Below, piece after piece: positions 49,066 to 57,848 of a DNA stretch of 64,000 nucleotides. Under the pieces are notes generated by a model. The model saw nothing but the letters and a program-made list of their open reading frames with translations. It made no database searches and had not been told where the DNA came from. Source of the DNA: an uncultured Bacteroidales bacterium (GTDB lineage Bacteria; Bacteroidota; Bacteroidia; Bacteroidales; FEN-979); NCBI GenBank assembly GCA_903845055.1, contig CAIMWF010000044.1, positions 27,419 through 91,418 of the forward strand, written 5' to 3'. Position numbers and translations under genes: made by a program. Position 1 is the stretch's first letter. Every line of letters starts with the position of its first letter.

Positions 49066-52005
49066 ATGAGCGACAGGAGAACAAAATACATAGAGACGGT
49101 AAAAAAAACAACCCCGGGGCTGATCACCGGATTATCTTCGTTCCCCATCGTGGGCATTGGCGCCTCGGCAGGCGGGCTTGAAGCACTGGAACAGTTTTTC
49201 GGGAGCATGCCCAATGACAACGGCATGGCCTTCGTGGTCATTCAGCACCTCGACCCCAACCATGCAGGCATGATGCCCGAATTGCTGCAACGGATCACCC
49301 CCATGAAGGTATTCCAGGCAGCCGACCGGCTGAAGGTGAAACCCAATTGTGTATATGTGATCCCCCCTGGCAAAAGCCTCTCGATGCTCAATGGCGCCTT
49401 GCATTTGTTCGACCCGGTTCAGGCGCGGGGGCTGAGGCTGCCCGTTGATGTTTTCTTTCGTTCGCTGGCCGATGACCAGCAACACCGGAGCATAGGCATC
49501 ATCCTGTCGGGAATGGGCAGCGATGGCAGCCTCGGGCTGAAGGCCATCAAAGAAAAAAACGGGATGGTGCTGGTGCAGGAGCCGGCCACCGCAAAATTCG
49601 ATGGCATGCCGCGCAGCGCCATCGAAGCGGTCATTGCCGACATTATAGCGCCTGCCATGGAATTACCAGCGCGGCTGATCTCATTTCTTAACTTTATCCC
49701 GGCCGCGAAGCCAGACAGCGACATCGATGGGAAAACCACCGGCAATCTCGATAAAATCATCATCCTGATCCGTGACCAGACCGGCCACGACTTTTCAATG
49801 TACAAGAAAAACACCCTTTTCCGACGCATTGAAAGACGCATGGGGGTTCACCAGATTGACAAGATTAACACCTACGTACACTTTTTACAGGAGAATACAA
49901 GGGAGATCGACATTCTGTTCAAGGAGTTGCTCATCGGCGTTACAAACTTTTTTCGCGATGCCGCTGTTTGGGACTGCCTGAAAGAAAAAGTGATTCCCGC
50001 ACTTACCGACGAATTTCCTTATGGGCATGTGCTGCGCGCCTGGGTTACGGGATGTTCGACAGGCGAGGAGGCCTACAGCCTGGCCATTGTCTTTAAGGAG
50101 GCGCAGGAAAAAACTCAAAATCATAAAAACATAACGCTCCAGATATTTGCCACCGACCTCGACCCCGACGCCGTTGAGATTGCGCGCAGGGGCGTTTACT
50201 CCTCCGGTATTGCGGCGGATGTATCCCCCGAACGCCTGAACCATTTTTTTATGGCCGACATGGAAGGGTACCGCGTGAATACCTCCATCCGCGAAATGGT
50301 GGTGTTTGCCAGCCAGAATGTGATCAGGGATCCTCCCTTTACCAAGCTCGACATTCTTACCTGCCGCAATTTACTCATATACATGCAGCCGGATCTGCAG
50401 AAGAAGGTGATCGGGCTTTTTCATTACAGCATGAACCCCGGCGGATACATGCTGCTGGGCACTTCCGAAACCCTGGGGACCGAAAAAAGGGGTTTTGCGG
50501 AGGTTGATTCCAGGTTGAAGATTTTTAAACGCAGCATCTCGCCTGCGGAGAAGGTACTGGTTGATTTTCCAAGTTCTTTTTCACGGCCGAAACGTGTAAC
50601 AGCCGAAGAGACAAAACCGCCGGAGGATGTTGTCAACCTGCAGGCCGCGGCCGACCAGTTCATGCTTCGGCACTTTACCCCGGCCGGTGTGCTGGTGAAT
50701 GGCGAGGGTGACATTCTTTACATGACCGGCAACATCGGCCGGTACCTTGTTCCGGTTGCCGGGAAGGCTGATTATAACATCCATGTGATGGCACACGATG
50801 GTTTTCGCCAGGGTTTGCCCGGGGCACTGCGCAAAGCGATGCAAAACCCCGACCCGGTCGTACTGGCCAATGTGAAGGTCGGGACCAACGGGGGCACCCG
50901 CTTTGTTAATGTAACAGTTCAAAGGATTGAGAAACCCGGTTCAACGGCCGGTTTGGTTATGGTTGTATTTGCCGACGTGCCTGCCCCGGTAGAAAATGCA
51001 GCATTGAAACCGGTCAACAGGAAAAACAGTTCATCAGGGCGAATGAAAGAACTTGAAATTGAACTGCAAAGGAACCAGGAGGACATGCAGAGCACCCGCG
51101 AGGAGATGCAGACCGCCCAGGAGGAGTTGAAATCAACCAACGAGGAACTCCAGTCAACCAACGAAGAATTGCAATCGACCAACGAGGAACTCAACACCTC
51201 CAAGGAAGAGATGCAGAGCCTGAATGAAGAGCTGCAAACGGTGAATGTGGAGCTGCAGAGCAGGGTGACTGATTTTATCAGGGCAAACGACGACATGAAA
51301 AACCTGCTTAACAGCACGGAGGTTGCAACTTTGTTTCTCGACAGGGATATGAACGTCCGCAGGTTTACCGACCAGGTAACGAAAATTATCAAATTGCGGA
51401 ACTCCGATACCGGCAGACCCTTCACCGACCTGGTATCCGATTTGCAATATCCTGAAATCGTGAGCCATGTCACGGAGGTGATCCGAACCCTGGTATCGGT
51501 TGAAACTGCCATTCCAACCACCGACGGAAGGTGGTTTAATGTCCGGATTATGCCATACCGCACGGTTGATGACCACATTGACGGGCTGGTGATAACATTT
51601 TCGGATATCACCTTCGCCAAGATTGCCGAGAAAACGCTGTCCATCTCTGAAACCCGCTACCGCCGCATCTTTGAATCGGCAAAAGATGGAATTCTTATCC
51701 TGGATGCAGAATCCGGTAAAATCGTGGATGTGAATCCATTTCTCATCAAATTGCTGGGCTATTCAAAAGAACAGTTCCTTGAAAAAGCGATCTGGGAAAT
51801 AGGATTCCTTAACGACATCGTCGCCAACAAGGATATCTTTACGGAATTGCAGGAGAAGGAGATTGTCAGGTATGAAGATTTACCGCTTGAAACAGCGGAT
51901 GGCAGGAAGATCAATGTTGAGTTCGTCAGCAATGTTTACCTGGTCTCCGGCGTGAAGGTAATCCAATGCTTTATCCGCGAAAGCATTGGCCACTTCCCAT
52001 TATAA
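49066..52005 (+). CDS. CheB methylesterase - CheR methyltransferase fusion protein with PAS domains and a heptad coiled coil (no kinase or receiver module)
   Basis: 979 aa. CheB catalytic domain (IVGIGASAGGLEAL...ILSGMGSDGSLG...FDGMPRSAI), CheR domain (TNFFRD...WVTGCSTGEEAYSLA...IFATDLD), STNEELQ repeats, two C-terminal PAS domains. Confidence 0.9.
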   Translation: MSDRRTKYIETVKKTTPGLITGLSSFPIVGIGASAGGLEALEQFFGSMPNDNGMAFVVIQHLDPNHAGMMPELLQRITPMKVFQAADRLKVKPNCVYVIPPGKSLSMLNGALHLFDPVQARGLRLPVDVFFRSLADDQQHRSIGIILSGMGSDGSLGLKAIKEKNGMVLVQEPATAKFDGMPRSAIEAVIADIIAPAMELPARLISFLNFIPAAKPDSDIDGKTTGNLDKIIILIRDQTGHDFSMYKKNTLFRRIERRMGVHQIDKINTYVHFLQENTREIDILFKELLIGVTNFFRDAAVWDCLKEKVIPALTDEFPYGHVLRAWVTGCSTGEEAYSLAIVFKEAQEKTQNHKNITLQIFATDLDPDAVEIARRGVYSSGIAADVSPERLNHFFMADMEGYRVNTSIREMVVFASQNVIRDPPFTKLDILTCRNLLIYMQPDLQKKVIGLFHYSMNPGGYMLLGTSETLGTEKRGFAEVDSRLKIFKRSISPAEKVLVDFPSSFSRPKRVTAEETKPPEDVVNLQAAADQFMLRHFTPAGVLVNGEGDILYMTGNIGRYLVPVAGKADYNIHVMAHDGFRQGLPGALRKAMQNPDPVVLANVKVGTNGGTRFVNVTVQRIEKPGSTAGLVMVVFADVPAPVENAALKPVNRKNSSSGRMKELEIELQRNQEDMQSTREEMQTAQEELKSTNEELQSTNEELQSTNEELNTSKEEMQSLNEELQTVNVELQSRVTDFIRANDDMKNLLNSTEVATLFLDRDMNVRRFTDQVTKIIKLRNSDTGRPFTDLVSDLQYPEIVSHVTEVIRTLVSVETAIPTTDGRWFNVRIMPYRTVDDHIDGLVITFSDITFAKIAEKTLSISETRYRRIFESAKDGILILDAESGKIVDVNPFLIKLLGYSKEQFLEKAIWEIGFLNDIVANKDIFTELQEKEIVRYEDLPLETADGRKINVEFVSNVYLVSGVKVIQCFIRESIGHFPL

Positions 52006-52018
52006 ATATTGAACGACG

Positions 52019-55000
52019 ATGAAACAGGACAATATATCAGCATCCGGAATTCTGCGGCATAAGGCCGAAATGTTTCTGAAAAACAGGCCTTCGGCATCAG
52101 CTTCACAACTTTCTGAAACAGAGATGGTGGAACTTATTCACGAACTTGAAGTGCACCAGGTGGAGCTGGAAATGCAGAATGAAGAGCTCATGAAGGCAAG
52201 GTCCGCCGCTGCAGATTCCGCTGAGAAATACACCAGCCTCTATGAATTTGCCCCTGCGGGTTATCTTACCATCTCCCCTGATGGAAGAATTCATGAGATC
52301 AACCTCCGCGGAACACAAATGCTGGGCAGTGACCGTTCCCATTTACAAAACAGTTTTTTTGATATTCATGTTTCCAAAGAGACCAAGTCAATTTTCAACC
52401 AGTTCCTGAACAGGGTGTTTGATAAACAGGAAAATGAGTCATGCGACGTGGCCCTGACAACGAATGGCAGCATCCCCGTGTATGCTCAGCTTACCGGTGT
52501 TTTAGCTGAAAACGGCGTGAATTGCCTGCTGACCGCTGTTGACATTACCAAACGCAGGCATGCGGAAGAGAGGGCATGCCAGCTGGCCGCCATCGTTCAG
52601 TCATCAGAGGATGCCATCATCGGAAAAAACCTCGGCGGGATGATCACAAGTTGGAACAAGGGGGCAGAAAAAATATACGGGTATACAGAATTGGAGATGA
52701 TCGGCAGACCTGTTTCAATACTGACTCCGGCGGGTAACGACGATGAGGTTCCCGCCCTCCTTGAAAGGATCAAATCGGGACAGGTTATCCAGCATTACGA
52801 AACCTCGCGCAGGAGAAAAGACGGGTCGGAAATCCAGGTGTCGCTCACCATTTCTCCCATTTTTGATTCCGAAGGCAGGATCATTGCCGCGTCGACCATT
52901 GCAAGGGACATCACGGGGCGCAAGCAGGCAGAGCAGACCCTGCATGAGAGCAGGCAGGAGCTGGTTCATACCATCAGCCAGCTAGCGCTGGCGCAGCAAA
53001 CCGGGCATGTCGGTTCCTGGAATTTCGATCTCAGAACCAATAAACTCAGCGGATCGGCCGAAGCGCAGCGATTGTTCGGTCTTTTTGACCGTGATAACTC
53101 TTTTGATCTTCAACACATTGAGGACTGCATTCCCGACCGCGAACGGGTTCACCAGGCTTTGACAGATCTCATTGCAAATGGCACTCCGTACGACCTTGAA
53201 TATGTCATTAATCCGGCCGATGGATCGGAACCCAGGGTCATCATCTCAAAAGCCACCATCGGAAAAGATTCGGCAGGCAATCCTGTTTCAGTGAACGGCA
53301 TCGTCCAGGACATCACCGAAAATAAGCTCATCTCTGAGAAATTACTGTCACAGACAACGTTGCTTGAAGCCCAGCTAAACTCTACCCTTGACGGGATACT
53401 GATTGTAGGCCGGGATAACAGGCGGATTCTCTTAAACCGGCGCATGATCGAATTGTTTAATGTTCCGGCGGATATTGCCGAAGATAAGGATGATTCCAGG
53501 TTGTTGAAACATGTGATGGACCTGACCAAAAATCCCGGCAGGTTTCTTGAAAGGATCATCTATCTGAACGATCATCCGGATAAGGAAAGCAGCGATGAGA
53601 TCGAATTTGCCGACGGGATGGTCATTGACAGGTATTCGGCGCCTGTAGCCGGCAGGGATGGGAAAAGCTTTGGGCGGATATGGATTTTCCGCGATATTAC
53701 CGAACGCAAGCTGGCAGATTCATTGTTCCGGGACATCATTGAAAAAAATCCGATATCCATTCAGATTCTGAACATGGATGGCTATACGATCCAGACAAAC
53801 CCGGCTCACACAAAACTTTTTGGCGTGACAACCCCGGCAAATTATTCTATTTTTAAAGACACGCAATTATTGAACCAGGGATTGGGTGTGTTGTTTGATA
53901 AGGTTAAAGAGGGTGAAACCGTAAATTTTCCTGATTCAAAGTTTAATGTCCATGACGTAGACCCTTCGTTTCCGGATGTCATGGCATGGATCAAGGCAGT
54001 AGGATTCACTTTGCAAAATAAAAACGGGGTGCCCCACCGGGTGGTCCTGATGCATGAGAACATTACCGAACGCAAACATGCGGAAGCCCTGTTCCATGAT
54101 ATTATTGAAAAAAACCCGATGTCAATTCAGATCGTTGATAAAAACGGGTATACGCTCAATGGAAACCCGGCCTATACAAATCTTTTTGGATCACTTCCTC
54201 CTCCCGGCTTTTCAATTTTTGAAGACCTGCAGCGTAAAAGTCCGGAACTCGGGAAATTAATTTCGCTTGCCAGGCAGGGCGAGGTGGTTCATCTCCCCGA
54301 CATATATTATAATACGAAAGATGTTGACCCTGATCTCCCGGATAAACCGGTGTGGATCCGTGCCCTTCTTTTTCCGCTGAATGATACCAGCGGGAAACCC
54401 GAACGGTATGTTTTCATGCACGAGAATATCACAGAACGCAAGCTGGCTGAACAGGAACTGATCAAAACCATGGAGCGGGCCGAGGAATCCGACCGGCTGA
54501 AGTCGGCTTTCCTTGCCAACATGAGCCACGAAATACGGACGCCCATGAACGGGATCCTGGGTTTTGCAGGGTTGCTGAAAGAACCGGGATTAAACGGGGA
54601 GGAGCAGCAAAAGTATATCCGGATCATCGAAAAAAGCGGTACGCGTATGCTCAACATCATCAATGACATTGTGGATATCTCGAAAATAGAATCGGGACAG
54701 ATGGAGGTTGCTCTTTCTGCCGTGAATGTCAATTCGGTTACCGACTATTTATATGCCTTTTTCAAACCGGAAGCTGAAACAAAGGGAATACGGCTGATCC
54801 TTGAAAATTCGCTGCCGGCAAAAGAGGCGGTTATCATTTCCGACAAAAACAAATTCGATTCCATTCTTACCAACCTCATCAAGAATGCGATAAAATACAC
54901 CTTTGCGGGATCTATTGAATTCGGGTACCATTTTGTTGGGACACCCCATCAACCATTCCTTCAATTTTTTGTAAAGGACACCGGTATCGGAATCCCGGAA

Positions 55001-55618
55001 GAGCGGCAGGAAGTCATATTTGAACGCTTTATCCAGGCTGATATTTCCGATACACAGGCATACCAGGGAGCCGGGCTGGGGCTGGCCATTGCCAAGGCAT
55101 ATGTTGAAATGCTTGGTGGCAAAATCCGGGTGGAAAGCGAATATGGAAAGGGTTCCGTGTTTTATTTTTCCATTCCGTACATTACAGGTAACCAGGCAAT
55201 CAACACCTTTGTAAATGCTATTTCTACGGAAAATCCGGACACCCGGGTTGCAAAACTGAAAATCCTGATTGCCGATGACGATGAAACCTCCGACCTGTTC
55301 ATCGAAACGCTGATCAGTCCGTTCAGCAGGGAGGTCCTGCATGCGGAAACAGGAACCGAGGCCGTTCGTTTGTTCGGCAGCAATCCTGACATCGACCTGG
55401 TGATGATGGACATGAAGATGCCCGGAATGAACGGCTACGAAGCCACCCGGCAAATCCGTCAGTTTAACACGGATGTGATCATCATTGCCCAGACAGCTTA
55501 CGGACTTTCAGGCGACCGGGAGAAGGCCCTGGAAGCAGGATGCAATGATTATATTTCGAAGCCCATCGCCAGGGAGGAATTGCTTGGCCTGATTCAGAAA
55601 CATTCAAATAAGGTGTAA
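52019..55618 (+). CDS. Hybrid sensor histidine kinase / response regulator with multiple PAS domains
   Basis: 1199 aa. N-terminal HELEVHQVELEMQNEEL, repeated PAS ends (DIT(E/G)RK), H-box SDRLKSAFLANMSHEIRTPMNGILGF, G-box GAGLGLAIAK, receiver ILIADDDETS...DLVMMDMKMPGMNG...YISKP. Confidence 0.93.
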   Translation: MKQDNISASGILRHKAEMFLKNRPSASASQLSETEMVELIHELEVHQVELEMQNEELMKARSAAADSAEKYTSLYEFAPAGYLTISPDGRIHEINLRGTQMLGSDRSHLQNSFFDIHVSKETKSIFNQFLNRVFDKQENESCDVALTTNGSIPVYAQLTGVLAENGVNCLLTAVDITKRRHAEERACQLAAIVQSSEDAIIGKNLGGMITSWNKGAEKIYGYTELEMIGRPVSILTPAGNDDEVPALLERIKSGQVIQHYETSRRRKDGSEIQVSLTISPIFDSEGRIIAASTIARDITGRKQAEQTLHESRQELVHTISQLALAQQTGHVGSWNFDLRTNKLSGSAEAQRLFGLFDRDNSFDLQHIEDCIPDRERVHQALTDLIANGTPYDLEYVINPADGSEPRVIISKATIGKDSAGNPVSVNGIVQDITENKLISEKLLSQTTLLEAQLNSTLDGILIVGRDNRRILLNRRMIELFNVPADIAEDKDDSRLLKHVMDLTKNPGRFLERIIYLNDHPDKESSDEIEFADGMVIDRYSAPVAGRDGKSFGRIWIFRDITERKLADSLFRDIIEKNPISIQILNMDGYTIQTNPAHTKLFGVTTPANYSIFKDTQLLNQGLGVLFDKVKEGETVNFPDSKFNVHDVDPSFPDVMAWIKAVGFTLQNKNGVPHRVVLMHENITERKHAEALFHDIIEKNPMSIQIVDKNGYTLNGNPAYTNLFGSLPPPGFSIFEDLQRKSPELGKLISLARQGEVVHLPDIYYNTKDVDPDLPDKPVWIRALLFPLNDTSGKPERYVFMHENITERKLAEQELIKTMERAEESDRLKSAFLANMSHEIRTPMNGILGFAGLLKEPGLNGEEQQKYIRIIEKSGTRMLNIINDIVDISKIESGQMEVALSAVNVNSVTDYLYAFFKPEAETKGIRLILENSLPAKEAVIISDKNKFDSILTNLIKNAIKYTFAGSIEFGYHFVGTPHQPFLQFFVKDTGIGIPEERQEVIFERFIQADISDTQAYQGAGLGLAIAKAYVEMLGGKIRVESEYGKGSVFYFSIPYITGNQAINTFVNAISTENPDTRVAKLKILIADDDETSDLFIETLISPFSREVLHAETGTEAVRLFGSNPDIDLVMMDMKMPGMNGYEATRQIRQFNTDVIIIAQTAYGLSGDREKALEAGCNDYISKPIAREELLGLIQKHSNKV

Positions 55619-55773
55619 AGTTGTCATTACCTTCATGAGGAATGGTGGAATGGATGTAATCGCAATAACTGTAACAAATTGATGGACCGTATTCAGGAGG
55701 TCGTGGCAGCAGTATAAAAATCGTTTATTTTTGATCCCTGGCGGCAACGTTGCCGGAATATCTTTAAAAAGAT

Positions 55774-55781
55774 TATCTTTG
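55774..55781 (+). promoter_or_regulatory. -7 box TATCTTTG upstream of tRNA-Gly
   Basis: Matches TAnnTTTG, 72 nt upstream of the tRNA 5' end. Confidence 0.3.
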
Positions 55782-55853
55782 CCGCCTGGAACCTCACCGG
55801 CATGCTGTTGGTTTTAACATATTGTTCCGGGTTGTTCTCACAAATCACCACAT

Positions 55854-55926
55854 GCGGTAGTAGCTCAGATGGTAGAGCATCAGCTTCCCAAGCTGAGGGT
55901 CGTGGGTTCGATCCCCATTTACCGCT
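55854..55926 (+). tRNA. tRNA-Gly (anticodon CCC)
   Basis: Hand-folded cloverleaf. Acceptor GCGGTAG/TTACCGC, D arm GCTC-agatggta-GAGC, anticodon stem TCAGC/GCTGA with loop TTCCCAA, T arm GTGGG-ttcgatc-CCCAT. CCA is not encoded. Confidence 0.9.
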
Positions 55927-55941
55927 CAAAACAAAAGAAAA

Positions 55942-55977
55942 AGGCTGCCCCGGACTTCGGAGGCAGCCTCTTTTTTT
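55942..55977. terminator. Bidirectional rho-independent terminator
   Basis: AGGCTGCC-ccggacttcgga-GGCAGCCT followed by cTTTTTTT on the + strand and by TTTTTCTTTTGTTTT on the - strand. Confidence 0.8.
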
Positions 55978-56073
55978 AACAATCGAACAGCCGGTCAACG
56001 AAATTTGAAGCAGGAAGTTTTGAACTGTGGCAAAAAAAGGTGCAATAATAGCAGATGCCAGGCATCCTGACCT

Positions 56074-56100
56074 TCACTCGCCACTCGTCACTCGTAATCA
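56074..56100 (+). repeat. Heptamer array TCACTCG CCACTCG TCACTCG TAATCA (reverse complement of the CGAGTGA unit)
   Basis: Read directly. Abuts the stop codon of the 56098-56703 gene. Inverted relative to 49031-49051. Confidence 0.85.
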
Positions 56101-56703
56101 CATTCCCAGCATTTTCTTCTTGGCTGCATTGAACTCCTCGTCGGAGATGACGCCCTGCTGGCGGAGGACGTGGAGCTTTTCAAGCTCCGAGGCCACATCG
56201 CTCTGTTCACGGGGCGTGGTGGAGATCGCGCGGGCCAGTTCGCGGGCCTGGTTCAGTATCTGGGAGTTTTTATACTCCTCCTGCATATGCGTAATGGTGT
56301 CCTTCAGGCTCCTGGGATTCTCCACCATGTGGTAAACGGTTGAACCCTGCTCAGAGGCGGTCTGGATCTGCACATCGCCGAAGCCGAAGATCCGGCCCCA
56401 TACCGACTGGTGGTAGTTGACGTTGTTGATCTTGTCGAGGGGACTCTCCTTGGAGTTGTGGGCAAAAAAACCGTATTCATCGATAACGCGCCAGTTGGTG
56501 ACCGCCCATATGTTGTTGGTCCGCTCGATCACACGGTACCCGAGGTACCCGAACAGGAGGAGCGGGATGATCAGCCCGTATGGGGCGATCAGGATGCCAC
56601 CGACAAGGCCGGCAATGGCCAGCAGAGCCGGAATTACAAGGATCAGCCAGTGGGGCTTGATGACAAGAGCCACCTTTTCATCCTTCCTTAGTTTTGTCTT
56701 CAT
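56098..56703 (-). CDS. Membrane bacterial-PH (bPH_2/YdbS-like) domain protein with a C-terminal SHOCT domain
   Basis: 201 aa. Two TM helices, then ...WRVIDEYGFF...INNVNYHQSVWGRIFGFGDVQIQTA. C-terminal LEKLHVLRQQGVISDEEFNAAKKKML (SHOCT). Confidence 0.7.
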   Translation of the reverse strand: MKTKLRKDEKVALVIKPHWLILVIPALLAIAGLVGGILIAPYGLIIPLLLFGYLGYRVIERTNNIWAVTNWRVIDEYGFFAHNSKESPLDKINNVNYHQSVWGRIFGFGDVQIQTASEQGSTVYHMVENPRSLKDTITHMQEEYKNSQILNQARELARAISTTPREQSDVASELEKLHVLRQQGVISDEEFNAAKKKMLGM

Positions 56704-56779
56704 GATGCTTTTATTTGACGGCAGGAACGTTGTTTAACCAAAAATTCAACCGGGAGAAACCCAAAATTATGTAAAAATC

Positions 56780-57523
56780 TCAGTGAATGCCCAATTTCTT
56801 TTTCATGTAACCGGCCCACACCTGGTAGCACCGGGCCGTGACATGCAACGAATCGGCTTCAAAATAGCCCCCGATCAGTTTTCCGTTGCGGTCGTACATC
56901 AGCCGGGTGATGTCGATGAAGCCTGTATTGACGCGTTGCCGGGCCAGCTTTTTCAGCATCCGGTTGGTTTGTTCCTGTACGGCAAGTTTTTGCCTGCGGG
57001 AAGGGGAGGGCTTGATCGAAATGAACCATATCTTCGTTTGGGGCAACGCCCGGTGAACCGTGCTGATAAAGCTGTCACACCGTGCGATGAATTCTTCGGG
57101 GGTCGCCCCCGCAGCCAGGTCGTTGTCGCCCTCGTAAACCACAATTTTTGAAGGCTTGTAGGGTAAAACGATATAGCGCAGGTAATAGTTCAGCGCCTCC
57201 ATGGTCGACCCGCCGAAGCCGCGGTGCACCAGGCGGATCCCGCTGAAATCGGTCGAAAGCTGCTCCCACTTCCGGATGGTCGAACTGCCTGTGAACAACC
57301 ATGCCCCGGCAGGTGGAAAGGAGATGGCGTCCTGCCTGAGAAAGGCGTTGATCTCGGTCTCAAAACCGACCGGGGTCTTCCCGGGAAGGGTGTCGACGCG
57401 AACTCTTTCCTGGGAAAAGCCGCTGGTGCAGGTATGCAGTAATGCTGTTAAAAGAAGAAGTCCCAGGAGGGTTCCTTGAAAGGACTTAAAATGGAAGAAG
57501 GCATTGCCTGTACGGATGTTCAT
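56780..57523 (-). CDS. SGNH/GDSL-family hydrolase (secreted)
   Basis: 247 aa. Signal peptide, block I FTGSSTI, block II GFGGST, block III YEGDNDL, block V DSLHVT. Confidence 0.8.
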   Translation of the reverse strand: MNIRTGNAFFHFKSFQGTLLGLLLLTALLHTCTSGFSQERVRVDTLPGKTPVGFETEINAFLRQDAISFPPAGAWLFTGSSTIRKWEQLSTDFSGIRLVHRGFGGSTMEALNYYLRYIVLPYKPSKIVVYEGDNDLAAGATPEEFIARCDSFISTVHRALPQTKIWFISIKPSPSRRQKLAVQEQTNRMLKKLARQRVNTGFIDITRLMYDRNGKLIGGYFEADSLHVTARCYQVWAGYMKKKLGIH

Positions 57524-57556
57524 TTCTTGCTTTTAGCTTCAAACGCTTTGCCGGGA

Positions 57557-57847
57557 TTATTGTTTTACAAGTTTCTGCCGGTACATCCGGTCGCCGTTGC
57601 TCACCAGCAGGAGGCAGATCCCCTTTTGCAGGATGGAGAGGTCGATTTCAAGTGGGAGGGATCGGTCTTTCAGCTGGTAAACCTTTTTTCCGCAGAGGTC
57701 CCAAACCGAAATATCGGGACCGGTCATCCAGGGGCAGGGGAGTTCAACCGTCACCTTGTCGCCCGCGGGGTTGCTGAAGATGAACGGGTTCTGGCCGGAT
57801 GCCAGCAGCGTCATCACCAGTAACAAAAGGGTAAATGACTTTGCCAT
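57557..57847 (-). CDS. Signal peptide + T9SS C-terminal sorting domain only (no cargo domain)
   Basis: 96 aa. MAKSFTLLLLVMTLLASGQ, then NPAGDKVTVEL...ISVWDLCGKKVYQ...IDLSILQKGICLLLVSNGDRMYRQKLVKQ, which fits the type-A Por-secretion-tail pattern. Confidence 0.7.
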   Translation of the reverse strand: MAKSFTLLLLVMTLLASGQNPFIFSNPAGDKVTVELPCPWMTGPDISVWDLCGKKVYQLKDRSLPLEIDLSILQKGICLLLVSNGDRMYRQKLVKQ

Positions 57848-57848
57848 G

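Noticed and set aside
50919-51644. 241-aa minus-strand ORF with SSLVD repeats
   Set aside because: It is the antisense of the STNEELQ heptad array inside the CheBR gene. The plus-strand frame has clear CheB/CheR/PAS domain content throughout.
49031-56100. tRNA-linked genomic island
   Set aside because: tRNA-Gly lies near the right border and inverted heptamer arrays mark both ends. However, there is no integrase, no tRNA 3'-end direct repeat, and no mobility gene. It is kept only as a low-interest inverted-repeat observation.
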